Shown here: positions 45,501 to 59,252 of the stretch, one piece after another
Layout of the letters: every line of letters starts with the position of its first letter
Numbering within the stretch: position 1 is the stretch's first letter
Source of the DNA: the human T2T-CHM13v2.0 reference genome, Homo sapiens
DNA: 64,000 nucleotides
NCBI RefSeq assembly: GCF_009914755.1
Contig: NC_060940.1
Direction: 5' to 3' (one strand)
Translations under genes and position numbers: made by a program
The notes under the pieces: generated by a model
Told to the model about the DNA's origin: nothing
What the model saw: only the letters and a program-made list of their open reading frames with translations
Databases searched by the model: none

Positions 45501-46163
45501 TTCAAAAGCCCTTTTTATAGAGGCATTAATTCATTCATGAAGGCAGAACCCTCATGACGTAAGCACCTCCCATTACTCCCCACCTCCCAACACTGTGGCA
45601 TTAAGGATTAAATTTTCAACATATGAATTTTGGGGGACACATTCAGACCATAGCACCTATATTAAAGAAAAACATAACTTAATTGCAACCAATCAGAAGT
45701 GACCAGTAAACTTACATAACTAGAGACCTTCCAATGGTTAGACCAAATAAGGCAACTGTATAACTGTAACCAATCAAATATTTTCTTTGCTTTACTTCCT
45801 TGTTAATCCTATAAGGTCCTTTCTCTTGTGTTTTCCTGTTGGAGATTCTGAAATACTTCTGATTTGGTGCACCTGACTTGTGAATTAATGTTTGCTCAAG
45901 GCAACTCTAGAATTTTGTGTTGCCTCACTTTACCTTTTTAACAAAACAGACACACACATATACATACATACACACACAGACATCTTAGAATTTTTATCAA
46001 ACCACGCATGAACACATTTTGAACTATTTTAAAATTTGTGCTGAAATAGTCGATATCAAAATAAAATCTACAAATGTATTAGACTCCTAAATAAAGAAGG
46101 TATTTCTGATTTCTCCAGAAGAAACAGTCTTCAGAAGAAATAATATAGTAAACCCTAGTATAC

Positions 46164-47152
46164 TAAGTCACACACAATATATCTTCTGTATATCAAAGGC
46201 ACTACAAAAAAGTATAAAGATCCATGACAAACTAAAAGAAATTACAATATTTATGAGAAAATAATAGTTAATAGATATTTAAAATATACATGACATACAA
46301 ATCTTAAGAAAGAACATAAAAACAAAATAAAATCGGAAAAAGATATGGATGGGTATTTTAAAGGAAAATGAAATAACAATTACGACTAAACTTAGGATAA
46401 ATTCACTAGTAATTTTTAAAAAATCAATTACATACCAGGCTATAGTGAGCACTCAAAATGTGCCAATTGACTGAGTGTATGATGAGACAGAGAGGGGAGG
46501 AGCATGCTTACTAAACGGGCTCCAGTCTTGTGAGCTCACCTGGTTTGGTTGGGTTACTGGCCAGGTCCAGGATTGTTTTGCCTGCACAAGGTAAAGCAAT
46601 CACATTGACATGGGTTTTGCAAAAGAGAAAAGATTCATTTGCAAGGCTGCTGAGTGAGGAGGTGGAAGAACAATTTTCACATCCTCCTCCCTGAAGATAA
46701 GGCTTATCATGGGTTAGGGAAGTGGGGTGGTTTAAGTAGTGGGGAAATGCTATTGGCAGTGGAGAAAAATGGGAAAAATCAAGTAACAAGTTAGTTCTGG
46801 GCAAGCATAGTCAGGGTTCATGGTATTTCATAGGACATATGTACAGAAAGTGGCAACGCTAGCTCACTATAGCCTGGTATTTAATTGATTTTTTAAAAAT
46901 TACTGGTGAATTTATCTTAAGTTTAGTAGTAATCAGTATTTAAATTTCCCTTAAAATATCTATGTACATCTTTTTTTAAATTATATTTTGTTTTTGTGTT
47001 CTTTCTCAAGATTTGTATGACATGTATATTTTAAAATCTCTCTATTAACTATTATGCTGTCATAAATGTTGTAAAGTTCTTTAGTTTGTCATTGATCTTT
47101 ATACTTTTTCATAGTGTCTTTGATATATGGAAGATATATTGTGTGTGGCTTA
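46164..47152. repeat. Long inverted repeat: arms 46164-46450 and 46862-47152
   Basis: Arms are reverse complements end to end, e.g. aaatcaattacataccaggctatagtgagc vs gctcactatagcctggtatttaattgattt. Confidence 0.95.
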
Positions 47153-47492
47153 AATGGTGATCTGAGGGTGGAGTTTTTGGCCTTCTGAAGTCAAAGGTCA
47201 TTTCTTTGGCATTTGTACAGATCCAGTTGAAGGGTCCATGGTCTCAGCTGGTTTGAGCTGGACAGGGTTGGTCCAAGTTCCTGAAAAACAACTGAAGTGG
47301 CCATTACCATGGTGACCTATGAATGTTATCTATAACGTAGCTAGGGAAGGTTAAGTTTTAGTGTTCATCAGTGCAGCCTTCAGTGACCATGGCCTTCAGC
47401 TTCATGGAAAAAGGAAAAAATATATAACAAAAAGCAAGTGACCAGAAGCAAGCAGGGCAGGCAGACCTGATCAAATTAACCTCTCCGTTTCA
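46506..47492 (-). mobile_element. ERV1 LTR (MER66/MER73-like), interrupted at 46862-47152
   Basis: gcaaaagagaaaagattcatttgcaagg; tgatctgagggtggagtttttggcc; minus-strand start TGAAACGGAGAGGTTAATTTGATCAGG; left boundary approximate. Confidence 0.7.
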
Positions 47493-47973
47493 GTTGTGCC
47501 CATCTATGGATGGCCAGAACTCCTACTGGCTGCCATTCTATTTGGCAGCCTCCCCAGGTTTCAGACAATGGCTTGCCTTTTGTCCCTCTAGAAAAGAGAT
47601 GGTGTAGTTTTTTCATGCTGCTGGCCTCAGAACTCTGCACCATGCCCTGTCAGTGTGCTTGACATTTACCTGCAGATTTGTACAGAGTGCCTCAATTACC
47701 CCATCAAGTTTGGCATCCGTTTCCCATGAAAATATATCACGCTAAATAAGAAACCTTAAAAGAAATTTTTCTTATGGAAACTTGACATTATGCTATGAAA
47801 ACTATATGTTGGCCAGTCCTAAAATAAAAAGAAAATTCCACCTTTTTAATATATGTTTAATTTTTTTCACTAACACTGACAAAACAAACAGAAACATAAG
47901 CTAAGAAATTGAACCTTGCAACAATGACAGAGAAGAGCACCATTAAACTAGGAATGTTGTAGAAACACTGATG

Positions 47974-47999
47974 AACCCTAACCCTGACCCTAACCCTAA
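47974..47999 (-). repeat. Very short telomere-like tract
   Basis: aaccctaaccctgaccctaaccctaa. Confidence 0.65.
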
Positions 48000-48619
48000 G
48001 CCTATGCATTATGCGCTATTTTCTCTCAGTGAATGGAACTGTTTCTCAAAGAGAGATCTCTGTAAGCCAGTGTTTAGAACAAGCTTCTGAGGGATATTTC
48101 TTACTGAACAAGAAAAATATTGCTGGCATATATCACTTGAGGAAAATTCTCCCTGAAAAATAATTACAAAACAGAAAACTATATAATGACCATTAAGATG
48201 AAATACATATATTAATAGAAGCACTTAGGAATATGAGAAACAACCTTGATTCATAAATTCAGAAACTAAGAATAGAAATAAACAACAAAACCAAACCCAG
48301 GAATAAAGACAAAGACAGTTGACTGAACAGAAAAGAAACAGACAAAATGATGTCAGAAATTAATAACAATTTATACAATAGCCAAGGGAGGATAAATTGA
48401 ATTTTAATTATGAGTATTGACAAAAGGCAGGATAGCAGTCTTTAGCAGGATAGCATAAAAATGGGACTGTAAAAAAGAAGTGAAAAGGTAAAAATGGAAA
48501 GTAGTAGAAATAAGAGACAGAAAAAGAAAGAATAACATTCATAGTAATTTACTTCCTGAAGAACAACAAAAAAAAGTAGAAAAGAAATATTTAAATTTAT
48601 AATCTAACAAAACTTTCCA

Positions 48620-48965
48620 CATACATGAACTAATGTGTTGCATATACGTGTTCATATAAGTGTGTATACATGCATACACATATGTATTATATATACACAA
48701 ATATACACCTGTATTATCTACATATTACATATTACATAATATACATATTATGTACATATACATACATATGTATTATGTATTACGTATATTACATATATAC
48801 GTGTGTGTATATATGTATACATGTATACACACATGCATATATGTAATACACATATGTGTATTACATATATATACATAATACATGTTTTGTATATATATGT
48901 GTATTATGTATATACACACACAGACATATCTACACACATACGTTTACCTGCATGCACAGACACCC
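48620..48965. repeat. Degenerate (TA/CA)n alternating purine-pyrimidine low-complexity tract
   Basis: tatacatgcatacacatatgtattatatatacac... Confidence 0.85.
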
Positions 48966-51084
48966 ACATATCTTTTAAATTCAGTAACATTTAATGAGTA
49001 GTAATGTTTCCAAGAACTAGGGCAGTATGCCCACAACATCTGCTTCTATTCAGCACATTAATGCAAGTATTAATCAACGCAATTAATCAAGAGAAATGGC
49101 TGAGGCATAAGAATAGGTGAAGAAGTAAAACTATCTTTATTTGTAGCTGACAGGAACATATACCTGGAAAACTCTTAAAAATCAATGATGAAACTAACTT
49201 TTAAAACTCAGTAAGTTATTTAGATGTATAATTAACAAACAATTAATAGGATTATTTAAAGAAAAGTTTAAAACATTTCTGAAAAACACTAAAGTAGACT
49301 TAAACAAATGGAAAGATATTTCTTGTTTTTAGATAGGGCAATCCAACATCATAAAGATGTTAGTACTGCCTAAGTTTTTCTCTAAATTTTAACTCATACC
49401 TTCCAAAAAATAGCAACTATTTTTAATGGAGTTAGACTAGGTCATACTAAAGTTCATGTGGAAAAAAATAACTGTAAGAATAGCAATAAAAATAATGAAA
49501 ACAGAAAGTAGGTGGGGACACGCTTTTCCAGACATTACTATAAATTCTCTATACCTCAAGTAATTTGGCACTGGTGCATGGAATGACAAATGAAATTGTG
49601 AAATAGAATAGAGAGCCAAGAAACAAACTCAGATACGTATGGAAATTTAGTATATGATAAAGACTGCAGATGAACTTATAATAAATGGTGCTTGAAAACT
49701 TAGTAGGCAGTTACAAACAGATAGAATTAATTCCATAATTAATAGTGAAATGCACTATTCCCCAAAAATATAAATCAAAATAGAATAAGGAACAAATGAT
49801 AATGTCACATAGCATATAATTTAGTATACAATATTATGAAAGAAAGAGAATGTTGTTGCTTACTGGTAACTGTTAAAGAAAGTCAGGAAGTAAACTTTGC
49901 TATGTAATATTATAGGCACAAATCTGTGAAGAAAAAACAAAATTGCTAGAGAGATAGTTAAATTTATCATCATTAAAAACTGGTAAAACAGATAGTTAAA
50001 AATAATCAAGGATAAAGATATTTTGAGCATTATTAATACCCTATATTTAATAGATAAGCATAGAACTTTGCATCTACACTGTGTTGGGCGCTACCTACAC
50101 TTATGGAAAAAGTGAAATAACTTTCCATTTTCATTAAGATTTAAGGTGCCATTTGGTAGAAATGACATATATAACTTATGAAGTATGTGTACAAACACAC
50201 ACATTTATATATTTCATGCATATTATGCATATAAAAATGAAAGCATATTCTAAAATATGTCAAATATGTCAAAATTGAATACAGTCAATGTTATATAAAA
50301 TCCCTCTATTATTCATGTTCCTGTTAAAAGTAAGATAAAATACATTTTAATAAACAAGAATATAAGTGACTTTAAATTTCTTTTGGAGGATATTATTTTT
50401 AGAGCTATGATTAAATAATTTTCACAAGATAAATGTTAAGATGCATTATATTTATGAGTGAATAAATATATGTATTTCTGATTATAAATCGATTCAACTT
50501 AAATATAAGTGTTAAAAATGTAATAAATACATAAGGAAATATGTAAAAATTACCCACAGTTCTTCTAAAAAGAGACAACCACTTTGCTATTTTGTGGAAA
50601 TCTCTTCAAGTTACTTAATCTCTTATTTGAGCATTAGGTGATTGTGCTAATGGCTGTATAATTTTCTATTGTACTAAAATACTTAATATTTTATTGATGG
50701 ACATTTTAGAGGCTCACATTTTTTATTTTTATTAAAAAATTATCAACAAGCTGATACATTCCTATACTTTTCTAATAATTACCAATAACACATTTTAAAG
50801 TGTGTATTTCCTGTCTCAAAGTGTTTAAAAATATTTTATCATGTGAAATTCTGTAATTAAACATAGATACTAATAAATTAAGAGGGTTCTTTTCATGACA
50901 AGGATGATAGATAATAGTTCATTGGGTTTTTTTAGAGAGTTTAGTAAGTGGAATTGATAGAGACAATATATACTTTCATTAAAAAATTGCATGTCAAAAA
51001 TTAGAATAATAGAGCTGACCAATGGAACATTTTTAAAGCATGTTGGTACCAATAACATATCACAACAGGTGGTGAATTGGATAT

Positions 51085-51215
51085 TGGTCAATTGCATGAG
51101 TTTTGTCCAAACTGGGGCACTCCTGAGAGGTGAAATAGTTCAACATTAATAATTATGTTCAGGGTATGGCAGTTAACCTGGACTGTTCTCCCCAAACTGA
51201 GACTTGTGGTCAGTA
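51085..51215. mobile_element. MER94-like hAT-Blackjack MITE
   Basis: tccaaactggggcactcctgagaggtgaaa...attaataattatg...aacctggactgttctccccaaactgagacttgtggtca. Confidence 0.65.
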
Positions 51216-51249
51216 TAATACTATATTTCTATAATACCGTATTTCAGTG

Positions 51250-51605
51250 TGTATTAGTCTATTCTCATGCTGCTAATAAAGACATACCTGAGACTGGGTA
51301 ATTTATGAAGAAAAGAGGTTTAATTGACTCACAGTTCTACATGGCTGAGGAGGCCTCACAATCACGGCAGAAAGTGAAAGAGGAGCAGGGTCACGTCTTA
51401 CATGGTGGTAAGCAAGAGAGTGTGTGCAGGGAAACTCCCCTTTATAAAACCATCAGATCTCATGAGACTTGTTCAGTATCATAAGAACAGTATGGGTGGA
51501 ACTGCTGCCATGATTCAATTATCTCCACCTGGCCCTGCCCTTTACACATAGGGATTATTACAATTTGAAGTGAGATTTGGTGGGAGACATGGACAAACCA
51601 TATCA
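51250..51605 (-). mobile_element. THE1 (B/C) solo LTR
   Basis: tgtattagtc...caaaccatatca; perfect 5-bp TSD CAGTG (51245-51249, 51606-51610). Confidence 0.94.
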
Positions 51606-51759
51606 CAGTGATTTTCATTTAGATTAATGCACATTTAATCCATAAATAAAAGATCACAATGCCTTTGAATTTAGATAAAGCTAGGAAAAAAGGAAGAAAG
51701 AAAATATATTTAATTCGCAGCCTTTGAGCTTCTATGGAGCTAGTAGTACATTAAGATAA

Positions 51760-52124
51760 TGCAAATGAGCTGAATGTTTGTGTCTTCCCCAAATTTATAT
51801 GTTGAAACCCTAATCTCGGTGTGATGGTACCTGGAGGTAGAGAGTTTGAGAGGTAATTAGGTAATGAGGGTGGAGTCCTCATGAAGGAGATTAGTGCCCT
51901 TGTAAGGAGAGGTTAGAGAGCTAGCTCATTCTCTTTCTGAGGATATGTGAAGATACAAAAAGAAGTTGGCAGTCAACAATGTGAAAAAGGGCCCTTACGA
52001 GAACCTGGCCATGCTTGCACCCTGATGTTGAACTTCCAGCCTCTAGAACAGTGAGAAATAATGCCTATAGTTTATACACCACCCAGTCTATGGTACTTTG
52101 TTATAGCAGCCCAAAAGACTAAGA
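51760..52124 (+). mobile_element. MLT1A-like LTR
   Basis: ctgaatgtttgtgtcttccccaaatttatatgttgaaacc...ttgttatagcagcccaaaagactaaga. Confidence 0.88.
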
Positions 52125-53849
52125 TTTTCTGAGTTACTTTTGTATTTAATTTATTGGTTAACGTAAGTGGTCAAATTATATGATTAAAATTTTTTGCAAT
52201 TGATTCTACATGTTTCAATTATAATTTATTTTTCAATTTTTAAAAATGATGTAAACTAGAAATATAATTACCATTTGGACATTTTGTTATTTGGGGGGCA
52301 TGCAAATTGTTGAGAATGTGAGATCTTACCCAAGTTAGAAAGAGTACATCTAGCATCCAGATATTAGCATTTAAACACAATTCCAACAAAATGAGAACGA
52401 AGGCACCATGAAGAATGAGCCGTGCAATGTCTTTTTGTATCAGAAAACAAAACATTCCTTAAAAAATTTATAGAACGTATCAAAAGACTGAGAAGACAGT
52501 TTAACAAGATGTACAGCCCTACATACTACCGTTAATTTAGATGGTGGCTTTATCTTTGTAAATATGAAATGTTAGCTGATGTAATAAGCAGTTTGTTTAA
52601 TATCCTTACAGACTCTTTGGTGTTTAAAATTATTTTGAAATAAAAAGTTATAATAATCTGGGTTTTTAAATTTTTAATTCCTGCGAACTAATTTATGTGT
52701 TTTACAAGGTGAGGTGCAGGAACAAAGGAGGCACAATTTTTAGGTTTCCCAGAATAAAATATATTTGCATATTGTTTTCCAAATCAAATAACCATGTTAG
52801 GTAATAATTACTATGTCTATTATACTGAGGGTCAATAGAAGTAATTAATTTGTCTAAGATAATGCAGCTTAGCAAGATCCCTATGGTACAATCCCAAAGG
52901 TAGTTTTCTCAATATAATATATCAAATGTCAAATATTTTTCCATGGGTTGATTTTTCACTCACTATTTTACCTATCAATATAATCCATAGATAATTATTA
53001 AAATAATTGTTAGGAAATGTGTCAATTACATTAAATATTAAAATATTAAAGCTATCTTTCATGTTAAAGTGAGTTTCTAAATCTATATATAATAATTAAT
53101 TTAAAATTTTTTTCACCTAATTCTTGAGAATAATACTCAGAAACTCTATATAAACAGAACAGAAATCAAGCAAAATTACCAAATAAAACTTTCACAATTT
53201 CTTCTCACTGGCTAAATTAATATTAAATAAAATTTAAAATGGAATATTAAGAATTCATGTACATAATCTATATTTAAGAATTAATTAGTATGAATACTTC
53301 ATTCTTTATAAGTTTTGTTAAATAATCATTTTGTTCTCAGAGAATGTACTACCCGCTGCTTCAACCTTTAAATGCTCATTTACAACTCTAAAAAACAGAT
53401 ATTTGCCTGTGGTGGAAAACTCAATCTGCTAATTACGACCATTAATTTAGATGGTGGCGTTGCCTTTGTAAATATGGAATATTAGCAGATGTGATCAACA
53501 ATGTATTTTAAATCTAAAAAGCCCCCAAAATATATAAGTGCTTTTTACATTTTATTTAAATATGTCTATATATCAAAGTATTCATTTGTATACATTTGTG
53601 AACAAATACATATTTTCTCAATGTATTTTCTTTCTATATAGATATTTATATATACACATTCTCTCTCCCATAGAGTAATGTAGTAATTTTCTTTCAAAAT
53701 ATTTTCACAGGCTTAAAAATGGATACATTTAACTTACCCATAAAAATGCAGTTACACTTCAAGCTTAGAATTAAGAATCAATTGATTCTTAGACGAACAA
53801 AAGAAAATTCTACTAGAAATTCTAGATCTTGGTTTTCTTAGGAAGACCG

Positions 53850-54450
53850 TGTGGCAAACTCTAAGGTGGCACCCCTAATCTCTTCCCCTGATGGTCATTG
53901 CTTTGTGTGGCTCCCTCCTCTTGAGTGTGAGTTAGGACCCGTGACTTGCTTCTAAGCCATGGAAATGGCAAAGGTGGTGGATGTGATGTCAAGATGACAT
54001 CAGGATGGCATCACATTATATAAAACACTCTACTGTTAGCAGACTTGCTCTAGAGACTCTCTTTGCTGTTTTGATGAAGTGAGCCACCATGTTAGTAAAG
54101 TACAATGGCAAAGAACTGTGGGCAGCCTCTGGGAAGCGGGGTGGCCCCTGGTAACTCGAGATGAAGGAAGCCTTCAGCTGGTAGAAAGCAAGAAGCCCAG
54201 GTTTTCAGTTCTACAGACACTAGGAAATTAATTCTGCCTTATGATCTGAGTAAGAGTAGAAGTTGATTCTTTCCCATTCTAACCTCCAGATGAGAACACA
54301 GCCCAGCTTACACCTTGATTTTAGCTTTGTGAAACACTAAGTAGGAGAGCAGCCAGCTAAGCTTATCCACAGAAACCATGAGATAATAAGTGTGTGTTTT
54401 TATAACTGCTAATTTTGTGGTAGTTTGTTACCCAGCAATAGAAAACGAAT
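53850..54450 (+). mobile_element. MLT1E/F-like LTR
   Basis: tgtggcaaactctaaggtggc...gtgacttgcttctaa...cagcaatagaaaacgaata. Confidence 0.85.
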
Positions 54451-54856
54451 ATGGATAACCTTTTATTTTCTGGGTTCCCTAACATGATTTGAAATTGGAG
54501 AATGTTAGTATGTCTAAAAAAAGAAAATAAGGCAGGGTTTAGCTGCAAACTATCAATCTGAAAACTTATTGGAATTTTAAAATATTAAATACAATTAAAG
54601 AGCTTTCTTTTCATTAGATTTCTGCTAAAAGATGAGGCAAAAACAAAGTAGAGATAGCTCTTCTAAAATAATTCCAAAGAGGGTTTAAATTCTTAATAAT
54701 TTTTGAAAAATTATTAAATTACTTTTCATACTTAGGTGATAGAGTATTGGACAGTCACTGATATGGCTTTATGCAGAAATAAATGAATATATTTTAGTAT
54801 CCATGAACTGCAGACAAATAGATTGATACGTATTATTTAAAAATATAACAGTCATG

Positions 54857-55189
<333 letters not shown>

Positions 55190-55934
55190 TTATATTTCAC
55201 AATTTCCCACAGAAATAATGAGAAAAGACATCACTAATATAACCTTAATTTTTAAGCTATTTTTCAGCCTGTTTCTATTCAAAAGTAAGAGTTTAATTCA
55301 ATTAGTCTTGAAAAGATTAGAAAGAGAGGTGAACATTTACAGAAAACTTACCTGATACATTTGGAATAACACCTTTCTACAAACAATTTCAAATTCTACT
55401 TTGGAAAACAGAAATTTTAACTGGTTCTGTGCACATGATCAATACTATTCTTAAATATTCCATCCTTCTATCCCCAGAAAGCATCAAATATTCTTAAAAA
55501 TATAAATGTTTTAGAAAACAGTAACTTACAAAAGAAAATATAAAGTACCATAATAAAATGTCCAAAAGACTTAAAGGTAAATTTCATATCCATTCATTTA
55601 TTCCTTGATTCATTTGTTTAAAAACACACATTGAGTTTCTGTGTATTGATCAGTCTGATGCACAACAGTTAGATATTGTATCATACTTCATTGATTCAAT
55701 AATGAGGTTGGGCCATTAAAATCCTGTTTTTACCATTTTATAACAGTTTTATCTGGTTTGAAAGTGCACTTTATTAGTAAAAGGCCCACTGCATTGCATT
55801 CTGTTCACCAGCTCATCCCCATTCTTCCCATTGTGTTCTTGCCATTTTCTTTGGTCCACTTTCCAGTCTTCCCACCCCCCAAAACTGCTATTTAATCTGG
55901 GTCAGTTTAAAATTTCTGAAAACTTTCTTTTTTA

Positions 55935-56458
55935 AAAAAAATTATAACTTTTAATTTTAGGTACAGAGGGTACATGTATAGATTTATTGTATGATGCCAA
56001 GGTTTGGAGTACGATGGAGCCTGTCACCCATGCAGCGAGCATAGGACCAAATAGGTACTTTTTTGGCCCCCTTCCTTAACCCTCTGTGAGTCCACAGTCC
56101 CTGTTGTTCCTATGTTTATGTCCATCTATGCTCAATGTTTAACTCTGAGTTGTAAGTGAGAACATGTGGTATTTGGTTTTCTGTTCCTGAGTTAATTTGC
56201 TTAGGATTATGACCTTCAGCTGCATGCATACTGCTGCAAAGGACATAATTTCATTCTTCTTTATGGCTGTGTGGTATTTCATTTGTATAAGTATCACATT
56301 TTCTTTATCCAATCCACCATTGATCAGCACCTCAGTTGATTCCATGTCTTTGCTATTGTCAATAGCGCAGTGATGAGCATGCGAGTGCCGATGTCTTTTG
56401 GGCAGAAAATTTATTTTCTTACAGATATATGCTCAGTAATCAGATTGCTGGATCAAAT
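55935..56458 (-). mobile_element. L1PA16/L1PB-type 3' end
   Basis: ttttaattttaggtacagagggtacatgt...; TSD ~AAAACTTTCT. Confidence 0.88.
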
Positions 56459-56733
56459 AAAAACTTTCTATTTTAAATTTAGAAAATAAAATATTTGGGG
56501 ATTTTTTTCAATGAATGATGTAATACATTTTTACAAACAAAAAATAATTTATAAGCAGAAGCCTCCAGGCTGTGGTTGGTTTTATGAAACCATTTAATTA
56601 GTGACCATTTCAAGCTACTACATAGTCCCTGGTAAGTTGCAGGAAGCGCCACAGCTCCCCATTGTTCATCATTTTGCCAAAGGTGTGGTTTATGTTCTCA
56701 TGCCCCTGCCTCCAAAATGCTTCATAGTATATA

Positions 56734-56951
56734 CAGATGCTCCTCGATTTACAATGGAGTTACACTGTGATAAACCCATCCTGTTGAAAGTATCATAAGT
56801 TGAAGTTGTGTTTTTAATTTTTAACTTATGATGAGTTTATTCAGATGTAACAGCATTATAAGTTGAGACGTGTAGTGAATGTTCATTGCTTTCGCACCAT
56901 AATAAAATTGAAACATAGTAAGTTGAACCATCGTAAGTCAGGGACTGTCTG
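56734..56951. mobile_element. Tigger4a-like MITE
   Basis: TA-CAGATGCTCCTCGATTTAC...GTAAGTCAGGGACTGTCTG-TA. Confidence 0.88.
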
Positions 56952-57243
56952 TAACTAATATTGTCCATATGGCATGATAATTTTATTTGGTACCATTTTA
57001 TATATGATAGTAATTTATTTTTAAAATATGATCATAAAAAATAAATGAGTGATTTTCATTTTGTCAAAATCAATTCTTCACATTTTTTATTTGGAGTATT
57101 TTAAGGTGAATACAAATCATTGATAAAAATAAATGTCTTTGTTTAATGGCTAATTTTCTATGTAAGTTGTTTTTATCAATAGAGATGTTTTCATTTATTT
57201 CTCAGACAACTTTCAGCAGGTTCTGCTATCACAAATGTTAATA

Positions 57244-59252
57244 GAGGTATACCTCAGAGATACTGTGGTTTTGGTTTTAGACAACCACAATAAAGCAAAT
57301 ATCACAAGAAAGTCAGTCACACACAATTTTTTTTGTTTCCCAGTGCATATAAAAGTTATATTTATGCTATACTGTAGTCTATTCACTTTCTTTGCTCAGC
57401 CATAAGAAACTCCTCATCCATTCAAAGTTTATCATGAGATGTTAACAATATAGTCACATCTTCAGGCTCCACTTCTAATTCTAGCTCTGTTGCTATTTCC
57501 ACATCTGTTTTTCCTTTCTCTGCTGAAGTCTTGAACCCCTCAAAGTCATTCATGAGGGTTGGAACAAATGTCTTCTAAACTCCTGTAAATGTTGATATTT
57601 TGATCTTCTCCTGGAATCGTGAATATTCTTAATGGCATCTAGAATGATGGCTCCTTTCCAGAAGCTTTTCAATTCACCTTTTCAAGATCTTTCATAGTAA
57701 CCATTATCTATAGCAGCTATGGCTTTATAAGTGTTAAATAATAAGACTTGTAAATAATAATAATTTTAACTTACACATCTTGAATAATACAAGTCTTAAA
57801 TAATAATTTTAAATAATAAGACTTGCAAATGAAAATTACTCCTTGATACATGGGTGCAGAACAGATCTTGTGTTAACAGGCACAAAAACAACATTAATCT
57901 TGTATATCTCCATCAAAGCTCTTGGGTGACTTGGTGTGCTGCCAATGAACAGTAACATTTTGAAAGAAATCCTTTTTCCTGAGCAATAGATCTCAACAGT
58001 GGGCTTAAAATATTCAGTAATCCATGGTGTAAACAGATGTAAGGTCATCCAGGCTTTGTTTTTCCATTTATAGAACACAGACAGAGTGGATTTAATATAA
58101 CTCTTAAGGGCCTTAGGATTTTCAGAATGGTCAATGAGCGTTGGCTTCAACTTTAAATCAACAGTTGTATTAGTCCTTAACAAGATAGTCTGCCCTTTGA
58201 AGTTTCAAAGCCAGACATTGACTTTTCCTTTCTAGCTATGAAAGTCCTAGATGACATCATCTTCCAATAGAAGGCTGTTTCCCGTACAGTGAATATCTGT
58301 TGTTTAGTGTAGCTACCTTTAACAATTATCGTAGCTGGATCTTCTGGATAACTTGCTGCAGCTTCTACAATAGCACTTGCTGCTTCACCTTGCATTTTTA
58401 TGTTGTGAAGATGGCTTCTTTCCTTAGACCTCATGAAGCAACCTCTGCTAGTTTCCAGCTTTTCTGCTGCAGCTTCCTCATCTCTCTCAGCCTTCATAGA
58501 ACTGAAGAGAGTTGAGACTTTGCTCTGGATTAGGCTTTCGTTTAAGGGAATGTTGTGGTTATTTGATCTTCTATCCAGACTACTCAAACTTTTTCCACAT
58601 CAGCAATAAAGCTGTTTTGCTTTCTTATCATTCATGTATTCACTGAAATAACACTTTTGATTTCCTTCAAGAACTTTTCCTTTGCATTCTCAAGTTGGCT
58701 GTTTGGTATGAGAGGCCTATCTTTCAGCCTATGATGGCATTTGACATGCCGTCCTCACTAAGCTTAATCATTTCTAGCTTTTGATTTGAAGTTAGAGATG
58801 TGCGACTCTTCCTTTCACCTGAACACTTAGATATCATTGTAGGGTTGTTAACTGGCTAATTTTAATATTGTTGTGTCTCAGGGAATAGGGAGGCCCAAGG
58901 AGAAAAAGAGAGATGGAGGAACAGAAGGTCAGTGGAGCAATCAGGATACAACATTGATTGATTAAGTTTGCTGTCTTATATGGGCATAGTACATGGTGCC
59001 CCCAATTACAATAGTAACATCAAAGATCACTGATAGGAGATCACAATAACAGATATAGTAATCATGAAAAAGTCTGAGATATTGTAAAATATTGGCAAAA
59101 TGTGACACAGGAACACAAAGTTTACAATAGTGTTGGGAAAATGGCACCAATAGACTGAGTTGACCCAGGATTGTCATGTACCTTCAATTTGTAAAAAATG
59201 CAATATCTACAAAGCACAATAAAGCAAAATGCAATAAAATGAGGTATGGCTG
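57244..59252 (-). mobile_element. Tigger1 DNA transposon, both ends present, internally deleted, decayed transposase
   Basis: TA-flanked TIRs (gaggtatacctc...gaggtatggctg); ORFs 57836-58587(-) give [38 protein letters not shown] typical of Tigger1/TIGD1. Confidence 0.95.

Larger units (their letters stand above)
47740..49740 (+). mobile_element. Old L1M fragments (ORF1 then ORF2), sense
   Basis: A-rich; gaagaagtaaaactatctttatttgtagctgac, acaaatggaaagatatt, gaaatttagtatatgataaag. Confidence 0.7.

Noticed and set aside
52525-52590. Duplicated C/D snoRNA
   Set aside because: No box C; CTGA is not kept in the second copy; no terminal stem.
57836-58587. ORFs as a functional transposase/TIGD1 gene
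   Set aside because: Frameshifted, stop-interrupted fragments within an internally deleted Tigger1.
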